Below, piece by piece: positions 55,030-64,000 of a DNA stretch of 64,000 bases. Every line of letters begins with the position of its first letter. Position 1 is the stretch's first letter. The notes beneath the pieces are model-generated. The model was not told the origin of the DNA and did not search any database. It worked only from the letters and a program-made list of their open reading frames with translations. The stretch comes from Dehalococcoidia bacterium (GTDB lineage: Bacteria > Chloroflexota > Dehalococcoidia > SM23-28-2 > RBG-16-64-32), in contig CAXXTF010000002.1 in NCBI GenBank assembly GCA_963665775.2, positions 96,001-160,000 of the forward strand, given 5' to 3'. A program made the translations under genes and the position numbers.

Positions 55030-56235
55030 ATGGCGACAGTACTGCGAATCCTAACTTATCAGGGTATACCCGTCTGGCGGCACGTCCTGATTATTCAGTG
55101 GACGGCTCAGATTGTTTCCGGCGTCGTGGTGGTGGCGTTGGTGGTCTGGTTTTTTGCCAACATCAGCAACGCTATTCAGGAACGGGGCATCCCCTACGGA
55201 TTCAGTTTCCTCTCCCGGGAGTATCAAACCCCCATCGGCGATCACTTCATCCCCTACGAGTCCTCCGACACCTTCCTGTACGCCCTCGGCGTTGCGTCTA
55301 CCAATACTCTGCTGGTCGCCGTCATCGGCACTATCCTGGCCACGATGCTGGGCGTTTCCATCGGCCTCGCCCGGCTGTCCGGCAACTGGATTGTAGTCAA
55401 GCTGGCGACAGTTTACGTCGAGTTCTTTCGGAATGTGCCGCTGCTGGTGCAATTGCTTTTCTGGTTCTTCCTCATATTAGCGTTGCCTCCGGTGAGCGAA
55501 GGCTATGTCATCGGTGACCTTCTCTACGTCAATAACGGTGGCATATCGCTGCCCTGGCTCTACGCCGCCAGCGTTAACCTTGCCCTGACCTGGCTTGCGT
55601 TGGCCGTTGTTGCCGTCATCGTCGGCGTTGTGCTGAATAAATGGCTGGCCCACCGCGAAGCTATGACCGGCCGTCCGTCCTATCCTCTGTTGTCGGGCTG
55701 CGCTGCCGTCGCTGTCATCGGCGCCTTGGCCTGGCTGGTCTTGAGCTTCACCACCGGCGAGTCGCCCCTCTCCTTATCAACGCCGGAGCCCCAGGGCCGC
55801 TTCGGACGCATCGTCGGCGGTTTTACCGTGCGGGCCGGATTGCTAGTGCTGCTAATTGGCCTGGTAATGTACACCGCCGGCTTCATCGCCGAAATCGTGC
55901 GTGCCGGCATCCAGTCGGTGGGACGAGGGCAAATCGAGGCAGCCCGCGCTCTTGGCCTTTCGCCGATGAATGTCCTGCGCAACGTGACCTTTCCTCAGGC
56001 TCTGCGCGTCATCATCCCGCCGCTGATTAGTCAGTTCCTGAACCTGACAAAGAACAGCAGCCTGGGCGGAGCCGTCGGCTATACCGACCTGACCAGTGTG
56101 GCCCTGACCATGACCCAGACTGCCCCAGCGGTCTCCATTTTCATCATAGTTATGCTGGCCTACCTGGCAATGAGCCTGACTTGGTCGCTAATCGGCAACT
56201 TGTATAACCGGCACATCCGGTTCGGTGGAGGATAA
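55030..56235 (+). CDS. aapQ: Amino acid ABC transporter permease
   Basis: YVEFFRNVPLLVQL, AEIVRAGIQSV..GQIEAA, NLTKNSSL. Confidence 0.9.
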   Translation: MATVLRILTYQGIPVWRHVLIIQWTAQIVSGVVVVALVVWFFANISNAIQERGIPYGFSFLSREYQTPIGDHFIPYESSDTFLYALGVASTNTLLVAVIGTILATMLGVSIGLARLSGNWIVVKLATVYVEFFRNVPLLVQLLFWFFLILALPPVSEGYVIGDLLYVNNGGISLPWLYAASVNLALTWLALAVVAVIVGVVLNKWLAHREAMTGRPSYPLLSGCAAVAVIGALAWLVLSFTTGESPLSLSTPEPQGRFGRIVGGFTVRAGLLVLLIGLVMYTAGFIAEIVRAGIQSVGRGQIEAARALGLSPMNVLRNVTFPQALRVIIPPLISQFLNLTKNSSLGGAVGYTDLTSVALTMTQTAPAVSIFIIVMLAYLAMSLTWSLIGNLYNRHIRFGGG

Positions 56236-56238
56236 GCT

Positions 56239-57501
56239 ATGGCCTCTCCTACCGCATCGGCCCCGGAAACCATGCTGCCGCCGCGCTCCGAAGTTGGCGT
56301 TATCGGTTGGATGTACGCCAACCTGTTCAACACCTGGTATAACGGCGTCCTCACGGTCATCTCCATCGTCGCCCTGCTCCTGGCCCTGGGATTCGGACTG
56401 AAGTGGATACTCACCAGCGCCGATTGGACGGTGGTAGTCAGGCTGGATGGACGCCTCATAATCGGCTTGTACAATACAGAAGCCGCCTGCCCGGGTCAAA
56501 ACTGTTTCTGGCGGCCCCAGGTAGCTCTCCTGATGGTAACCGCTCTGCTAGGCATGGCCTGGGGACTGAGCGGAAGCCGAGTGACCCGGAACGTTGCCGT
56601 CCTGTCTGCCGGGGTTATGGCGGCCTTTGCCTTTCTGCCTTATCGCCTGGAAACTATGGGGCTGGATGTGCGCCTACTGCTGCTGGCTAACCTGCCGGTC
56701 CTGGCGGGGGGCTGGGCCTTGGCCCGCACACCCCTAGGCACGCGAGTCCGGATTTCCGGCGTGGGGATAGTGATAGGTGTGCTGACCGTGATAGGTGTGC
56801 TGACCCTGGTATTGCTGCGGGGCTTACCGGGGGTGCCCGGTCTGCAGCCCGTTCCCGTCATTTACTGGGGCGGCCTGATGCTGAATCTGCTGCTGGCGGT
56901 GGCTGGTATAACCCTCAGCCTGCCCATCGGCATCGCCCTGGCTCTGGGACGCCGCAGTCACCTGCCAGTAGTAAAGGTGCTGTGCGTGATGTTCATTGAA
57001 GTGTTCCGCGGGGTGCCGTTGATTACCTTGCTGTTCATGTCCCAGGTGTTGGTCCCCCTGGCCTTCCCGGAAGACTTTCCTCAGAATTCGCTGTTTCGCG
57101 CCGCCGTAATGATTACTCTGTTCAGCGCGGCATACATGGCCGAAAATATACGGGGCGGATTGCAAGCCCTGCACCCCGGCCAAGCGGAGGCCGCCCGAGC
57201 CTTGGGTTTGCCCGGCTGGGAAACCACCCTGCTTATCTCCCTGCCCCAGGCCATCCGCAACGTTATCCCCGCCATTGTGGGGCAATTTATCGGCTTGTTC
57301 AAGGACACCAGCCTGGTTTACATCATCGGCATGCTAGACATCGTGGAAATCGGCCGGGTGTTTGTCCAGGGCAACGCGGAATACCGGGGCAGCGCCCGGG
57401 AGGTTTTCGTCTTCCTGGCCCTGGTCTTCTGGGTTTTCAGCTACGGAATGTCCTACATCGGCGGCAAGGTTGAAGAACACCTGGGCGTAGGCCACCGGTA
57501 G
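56239..57501 (+). CDS. aapM: Amino acid ABC transporter permease
   Basis: FIEVFRGVPLITLLFM, AYMAENIRGGLQA, LFKDTSL. Confidence 0.9.
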   Translation: MASPTASAPETMLPPRSEVGVIGWMYANLFNTWYNGVLTVISIVALLLALGFGLKWILTSADWTVVVRLDGRLIIGLYNTEAACPGQNCFWRPQVALLMVTALLGMAWGLSGSRVTRNVAVLSAGVMAAFAFLPYRLETMGLDVRLLLLANLPVLAGGWALARTPLGTRVRISGVGIVIGVLTVIGVLTLVLLRGLPGVPGLQPVPVIYWGGLMLNLLLAVAGITLSLPIGIALALGRRSHLPVVKVLCVMFIEVFRGVPLITLLFMSQVLVPLAFPEDFPQNSLFRAAVMITLFSAAYMAENIRGGLQALHPGQAEAARALGLPGWETTLLISLPQAIRNVIPAIVGQFIGLFKDTSLVYIIGMLDIVEIGRVFVQGNAEYRGSAREVFVFLALVFWVFSYGMSYIGGKVEEHLGVGHR

Positions 57502-57592
57502 GGCTTGGAGCGTTAGCATCACAGCAGTTATGGCACAAACTGCCGGTTGAATTAACCGGCGGAACTAAGGAGAAATAGTGGGAGGTCCTCTT

Positions 57593-58360
57593 ATGACGAT
57601 CAACCAGCAAGCGGCGGCCACGGAAATTGAGGACATTATTGTATGCAGGGACGTGCATAAGTGGTTCGGCAATTTTCATGCCCTCCGCGGCATCTCAACC
57701 ACGGTTAAAAGGGGTGAGATGGTGGTAATTCTGGGGCCGTCCGGTTCGGGTAAGTCGACCTTCATCCGTACCATCAACCGGCTGGAGCAGCACCAGCGCG
57801 GTGAAATCACCGTGGACGGCATCAAGCTGAGCGGTGACGTGCGCAACATCGACGCCATCCGCCGGGAAGTGGGGATGGTATTTCAGTCCTTCAACCTGTT
57901 CCCGCATCTGACGGTAATGCAGAATATCACCCTGGCGCCCACCAAGGTGAGGAAATGGTCTCGCGCCCAGGCTGAAGAAGTAGCGAATGAACTACTGAAA
58001 CGGGTGGGTATCCCCGAGCAGGCTGACAAGTATCCCGCCGAGCTTTCCGGCGGTCAGCAACAGCGGGTAGCCATCGCCCGCGCCCTGGCCATGCAGCCCA
58101 AGGTGATGCTATTTGACGAGCCTACATCCGCCCTGGACCCGGAGATGATTAAGGAAGTACTGGACGTGATGCGGGAACTGGCCGATTCTGGCATGACCAT
58201 GCTGACCGTCACCCACGAAATCGGGTTCGCCCGCGAAGTTGCCGACCGCATAATAATGTTCGACGAGGGAATGATTATCGAAGAGGGCACTCCCGACGAT
58301 TTCTTCAGCCACCCTCAGCACGAAAGGGCCCAAATGTTCCTCTCCCAAATCCTGTCCTGA
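57593..58360 (+). CDS. aapP: Amino acid ABC transporter ATP-binding protein
   Basis: [34 protein letters not shown]. Confidence 0.93.
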   Translation: MTINQQAAATEIEDIIVCRDVHKWFGNFHALRGISTTVKRGEMVVILGPSGSGKSTFIRTINRLEQHQRGEITVDGIKLSGDVRNIDAIRREVGMVFQSFNLFPHLTVMQNITLAPTKVRKWSRAQAEEVANELLKRVGIPEQADKYPAELSGGQQQRVAIARALAMQPKVMLFDEPTSALDPEMIKEVLDVMRELADSGMTMLTVTHEIGFAREVADRIIMFDEGMIIEEGTPDDFFSHPQHERAQMFLSQILS

Positions 58361-58572
58361 TTCACTTGTCTGGCATCGACCGAACCATTTATTCAGAGCG
58401 TTCTGGCCGCTTGGAGTGCCGTCGCTGCGCTTTGGTACGAGACTTGCCGATCTCACGCGTCTGGGAAGAAATAGCCAATGGAGGTGGAGGTCCATGAACA
58501 ATGGAGCAAAAACAAGTCAGTCGAAGCCAGGTAGAAGCGGGAGAGTATTCCCCATAGTAGAGCGTGAGGTTA

Positions 58573-59845
58573 TGACCTTGCCCCCGAAAACGAGTCCAGG
58601 CCCAATGTTAGTAATCAGGGGTTCTGGACCAGAGAAAGGGGGCAGAAGGATTGGGCAGGCAGCATCACACGGCAGAGGAGATCATCAACAAGTTGAGGGA
58701 GGCGGAGGTCGGGCTGGCTAAGGGCCTGGCTGTGCCCGAGGTCTGCAGGAAGCTGGGCGTGGCAGAGCAGACCTACTACCGCTGGCGGAAGGAGTAGGGC
58801 GGCCTGAGGAGGGAGCAGGCCAAGCGGCTGCGGGAGCTGGAGCAGGAGAACCTGCGGCTGAAGAAGCTGGTAGCCGATCTCTCCCTGGACAACGCCATCC
58901 TGAAGGAGGCGGCGCAGGGAAACTTCTGAGCCCGGCCAAGAGACGACAGGCGGTGGCCTGGGTGCGGAATGCGTTGGGCCACGCGGTCATCTCGGAGCGC
59001 CGGGCCTGCCAGGCCCTGGGGCAGGAGCGATCGACGCAGCGGCGGTGGGGTTCTCCTCCCGACGATGAAGGGAGGCTGCTGAGGCGGATGGTGGAGCTAG
59101 CGACCGAGTACGGGCGCTACGGTTACCGACGGGTGACCGCCCTGCTGCGAGAGGAGGGTTTTCGGGTGAACCACAAGCGGGTAGAGCGGCTCTGGCGGCG
59201 GGAAGGGCTGAAGGTGCGGGCGAAGCAGCCGAAGCGGAGGCGGCTCTGGTTGACAGACGGCTCCTGCGTTAGGCTCAGGCCGACTGAGCCTAACCACGTC
59301 TGGAGCTACGACTTCGTGTTTACCAGCACCAGCGACGGCCGTCCCCTGCGGCTCTTGACGGTGCTGGACGAGTTCACATGGGAGTGCCTGGCTATCCAGG
59401 TGGCGAGGCAGATCACCAGTGATGACGTGCTGGCTCGCCTGGCCCAGCTCTTCGTCGAGCGCGGGACGCCTCGCTACCTGCGCTCGGACAACGGGCCAGA
59501 GTTCACGGCACGTGCGCTCCGGACCTGGCTAGAGCGGGTAGGCGTGCAGACTCTGTATATCGAGCCCGGGAGCCCCTGGGAGAACGGCTACATCGAGTCG
59601 TTCAATGGGAAGCTACGTGATGAACTATTGAATGGGGAGGTGTTCGACACGGTGCTGGAAGCACAGGTCCTCTGCGAGCGGTGGCGACGGAACTACAACG
59701 AGGTGCGCCCGCATAGCGCTCTCGGCTACCGGCCGCCAGCACCGCAAGCGATCGTGCCATGGCCGGGCTCCACCGCGCCATCCCTGGAGACTACGGCGAT
59801 GGCCACACTAACATAGCCTGTGGTAGCGTTTAGGGGGGCAGGTCA
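58573..59845 (+). mobile_element. IS3-family copy 4 (1273 bp; same amber in orfA)
   Basis: Same IRs; TAG at 58795; GGGAAAC site. Confidence 0.95.
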
Positions 59846-60266
59846 GGCTGATCATCGGAATCTTGGTCCTCTCAGCCACTCCGGCCGCTGGGATCGCGTT
59901 CCGGCTTGCTTGAGGCCCGACAATGGCGATAACATTCTGCTGGTTGATCAACCTCAGGGCTGCGCTAGCGGCCACCTCGGCCTTATCCTGGTTATCTTCG
60001 ATTACGAGGACGACCCTGTAGGTCTCACCGCCTACCTCTAAGCCACCCGCATCAGCGATCTCCTGTACCGCCAAGTTAGCCGCATCAACGGTTTCTTGTC
60101 CCACCTCAGAAAGGCTGCCCGTAATAGGGGCTATTAGACCAATCCGAAACTCTTTTGGCGCTTGTTCGCTGCCGCAGGCAACCCCGATAGCGACGAAGGT
60201 AACCGTCAACACTACTGACAATAAGATCGGGAGGGAAGTATGACGGCGAGGCGCGAGGCAATCCAT
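59846..60266 (-). pseudogene. Branched-chain amino acid-type binding lipoprotein, N-terminus only, cut by IS3
   Basis: Lipobox GVAC; RIGLIAPITG, AIVGPQAS, KIPMIS then IS end. Confidence 0.85.
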
Positions 60267-60385
60267 ATCGCCCCCAAGGTGGATAAAAAAGGCCGATTAT
60301 GTTCGCCGTTCGATTATTACGCTAGATAGGGAACCCCGTTTCCTCTCTCCTGACACGTATGCGATACCTCCCTCGGCATCGAAAT

Positions 60386-63300
60386 CTATCGCGTAACGAG
60401 GGTTTTTCTGCCTGTAAGGATATATGTATGCATTTTCCCCTTGCCCTTCACATCGATAACCCCCCGGTCCTCGAACGCATACTTACTCCTCAACCGTTCG
60501 TATGTCGCTTCCGTGACCTGAATGGAGCCCACAATACCGTGAGATTCCATGCGGGACGCTGTATTTACTGAGTCGCCCCAAACATCGTAAAGGAACTTCG
60601 TCGTTCCAACAACTCCTGCTACTACTGGTCCGCTGTTTATACCTATCCGCATACGAAGCTCTTGGCCGGTCTTTTCATTTAACGCGGCAATCTCCTCCTG
60701 AATGTCCAGGGCCATTTCGGCAATAGCTTCGGCGTGATCCGGCCGTGGGGTGGGCAGTCCTGAGACAAGCATATAGGCGTCTCCAATTGTCTTGATCTTT
60801 TCCATACCATGGCGGTCCGCTAGAGCGTCAAGCGCCGAAAATATTTGGTTCAGCATTTTTACAACTTCTATGGGGGCTAGACGAGCCGACAAGCTGGTAA
60901 AGCCAGCGATGTCGGCAAAGAGAATGCTCACTTCTGCGAAGCTATCGGCAATTTGGTCTTCGCCCTGCTTCAGCCGATCTGCAATGGGGCGCGGCAGGAC
61001 GTTGAGGAGTAAGCTCTCGGACCTTTCCTGTTCAGCGGCCAGGTCCTCCAACGTCGTTCTCAGCCTATTGGTCATATGATTAAAGTTTTTCGCTAGCATG
61101 CCCGTTTCGTCCTCGGTTAGGACTGGCGCCGTCTGAGTCAGGTCGCCGGCGGCTATTCTGATCGCAGTGTCGCTGACTGCGAGAATCGGTCGCGTGATCC
61201 GGCCGGCGATTATATAAACGCCGACCGCGAGGAGTCCGACCGCTATCACCCCGACAGCAGCTAAGGTTCATCCCAGCCGCCGAGCTGGCGCCAGGGCCTC
61301 AGATTCGTGAATCTCGGTGACCAAAGCCAACTCCCTATCGGGAATCCAGCGGTAAAATCCAATGACTGACACTTTTTTGTAGTTCTCATAGATTCCAGAC
61401 CCACGGTCTCCCCTGACAGCGGAATCGATACCCTCGCTGTGCACCCCTCGGGGATACTCTGGCGTACCAAAGCTTTCTCCTGATACCAGCACGTTGTAGG
61501 CGTCTACCAGGTATGACTCACCAGTGTTACCCAACCCAGTACGCTCGTTTAGAATCCTATCCAGCGTGGCGAGGCTAACGTGGGCCGCCACTACCCCTAG
61601 CTGTCGACCAGCATTGCTTATCAGCGGTACGGCCACTGTCAGCGTAGGAGCGAAGTTTACTGGCGACGGATAGACGTTCTGAATTACAGGCTCCACTCGA
61701 CCCTGAGTGAAGTAACGATCGGTAACACGATACTCACCTTCGTGGGCCTTGTTGTTAGCCCGAATCCACCGAAGGACGGCCTTGGGGACAGTCCTTGAAG
61801 AAGCCATCGGGTGCTCCTCTGAATCTGGGATAATGGTTTTGGAACAGAAACCAGCCCGGAAATAAGGAGCACCCAATAGATGCTGCCACAGAACAAACCC
61901 GACCGTATCCGCATCCTCTTTGACGACCATCGCCTGGTGGCCAATGCCGGCCTGCTCCTGCCAGCCACCCTAGCCCGGCACCTGGGCCTGCGGGAACTCG
62001 TCGACCATCACCTTGACCTCGGCGGAGCGCTGGGACGGGCGAACACTGGGGACAAGATGCTGACGCTGGTCGCTTCCGCGCTGGCAGGCGGCGACTGCAT
62101 CGACGACGCCGATGCGCTGCGCGCTGGTGGGACGGTCGGTGTTCTAGGCTGCGTGGTCAAGGCGCCATCCACCCTGGGGACCTTCCTGCGCAGCTTCCGG
62201 TGGGGGCATGTCCGTCAACTCGACCGCGTGAGCCGCCAGTTGTTGGCCCGGGCCTGGGCCGCTGGGGCCGGACCCGGCGACTCGCCCCTGACCATCGACC
62301 TGGACTCGACCATCTGCGAGACCTATGGACTGGCCAAGGAGGGAGCGCGCCACCACGGCTATACCGGCGCCCGCGGCTATCACCCGCTGCTGGCCATTGC
62401 CGCCGGCACCGGCGAGGTGCTGATGTCCCGGCTGCGCGAGGGCCGGGCCAACACCGCCCGTGGCGCCGCCCACTTCCTGCGTGAGACGGTGGGGCGGGTG
62501 CGCTACGGCGGGGCCAGGGGACAACTCACGGTGCGGGCCGACAGCGGCTTCTACGCCCACACTGTCGTTGCCGCCTGCCGGGAAATGGATGTCCGCTTCT
62601 CTATCACCATCCGCCAGCGCGCCAGCCTGCGGGACCTGATCGAGGCGATACCAGAGGAGGACTGGACTCCCATTCCCTACTGGATGGACGGCGCCGCCGA
62701 TGTCGCCGAGACGACTTACACCCCGTTCCAGACCAAGCCGGACGCCGCGCCGGTGCGGCTCATTGTCCGGCGGGTGAAGCCGACGCCCGGTTCCCAGCTC
62801 GCCCTCTTCGCCAGATACAGCTATCACGCCTTCATCACCGACCGCGATGGGGAGACGCTGGAACTGGAGGCCGATCATCGCCGCCACGCCGAGGTCGAGA
62901 ACGCCATACGCGACCTCAAGTACGGCGTCGGGCTGAACCACATGCCGTCGGGGCGCTTCGCCGCCAACGGCGCCTGGCTGGCGGTCCAGGTGATGGCGCA
63001 TAACCTGGCCCGCTGGACAGCCCGCATCGGCCTGGGTCAGCAGATCGTGACCACCAAGACCCTCAGGCGGCGGGTCTTCGCTCTCGTGGGACGGATCACC
63101 CGCTCGGCGCGCCGCCTCACTTTGCATCTCCCCCGGCGCTGGCCTTGGGAAACCCAGTTCAGTCGCGCCTTGGCCCGGCTGCAAGCCATTCCATTCCCGG
63201 CCTGACGGCCAGCCTGCAACTGACCCAACGTCCCCGCAATCTCGCGCCACCCCGGTCGCGAGAGTCCCCTGCTGCGTATCCTCTCGCCATCCCGCGCATC

Positions 63301-63861
63301 GCAACTCCCGCATAGGGCCTTAGGGGCCCTGTGCGGCGACTGAAGACCGTCCGCCGGCCTCCCATCTACCCCAAGACCCCAGGCCATCTCCCCTGTAGCT
63401 CCCTCACCCACCCCCTTCCGCTGTCCTCACGCCGTCCATCCGTGTCCTTCGGTGGATTCGGGGTTAGAGAAGAAGATTCTGCCCCCTACATCAGTGAGAA
63501 ACAGAATTTCAGTCAGGTCCGGGGCAACGGCGGCTGCAAACTGGACTAATTGACCCAGGCTCTCGTAGGACCTTTGATAAGTCTCCGTCCCTTCGTCATG
63601 AGTCAACATTTTCTCTGCTGAATCCCGGACCGCTGGTGTGTCAGCGATTCGCATAACGTTTCCCAACTGGTTTTCGACAAACAGGTTTAATTCGACTTCC
63701 TTAAAGTTGCTGGTAACCTCTAGTCGTGCGAAAGCCGTTTCCTCAAGTGTATCTTGGACCCGAAGGAAAGCCACGATTGACAACGAGGCAACAACTGCGA
63801 CGGACAGTAGCAAGAAGGAGGCCACCATTCGGGCCTTCAGATTCTTTTTCAATAAGCCCAT
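60386..63861 (-). pseudogene. Membrane Cache-HAMP class III adenylate/guanylate cyclase interrupted by IS1380 and an in-frame TGA (61268-61270)
   Basis: Removing the IS rejoins RIFFSN-NKAHEG; HAMP DETGMLAKNFNHM; ILFADIAGFT, KTIGDAY, YDVWGDSVNTASRME. Confidence 0.9.
61759..63462 (+). mobile_element. IS1380-family element; transposase 61880-63205
   Basis: 19-bp perfect TIR CCCGAATCCACCGAAGGAC; 5-bp TSD GTTAG; IDLDST, RADSGF, EVENAIRDLK. Confidence 0.97.
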
Positions 63862-64000
63862 TGTGTTCCTCCTAGAGCGGCCAGGCATCTAGTCGGCCGT
63901 GGGTGGTTCTTGTCACTAGACAGGATTCCCTTCGTCGGAAGTGCCAGCGCCACAAGTACGATATGCGAGGGGCGTGCTACCGATCGGCTGAGTTGGCTCG

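Overview
GC-rich bacterial accessory region, heavily fragmented by insertion sequences and rich in pseudogenes. The protein repertoire (plant-type LRR stub, cadherin/dockerin surface proteins, GAAC-N4-GTTC LexA box) suggests a Chloroflexota/Dehalococcoidia-like, possibly sponge-associated genome; this is inference only. Contents: a multi-domain McrBC locus; an IS1595-family transposon (27-bp perfect TIRs, 8-bp TSD) carrying P63C and a DNA methyltransferase-HNH fusion; a decayed serine-integrase island with GmrSD, a replication-relaxation protein, a wHTH-HEPN-like protein and a type IIG R-M enzyme; four toxin-antitoxin pairs; an IS110 element whose bridge RNA guides can be read and matched to its own insertion site, which is a Shine-Dalgarno sequence; dockerin-tagged surface proteins; an aapJQMP-type amino acid ABC transporter; an IS1380-disrupted Cache-HAMP adenylate cyclase; and IS3, IS256 and IS1202/ISNCY copies or relics. 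Many frameshifts fall in homopolymers and may be sequencing errors. No rRNA, tRNA or CRISPR array was recognised. All family assignments come from motif recognition by eye, not database searches.
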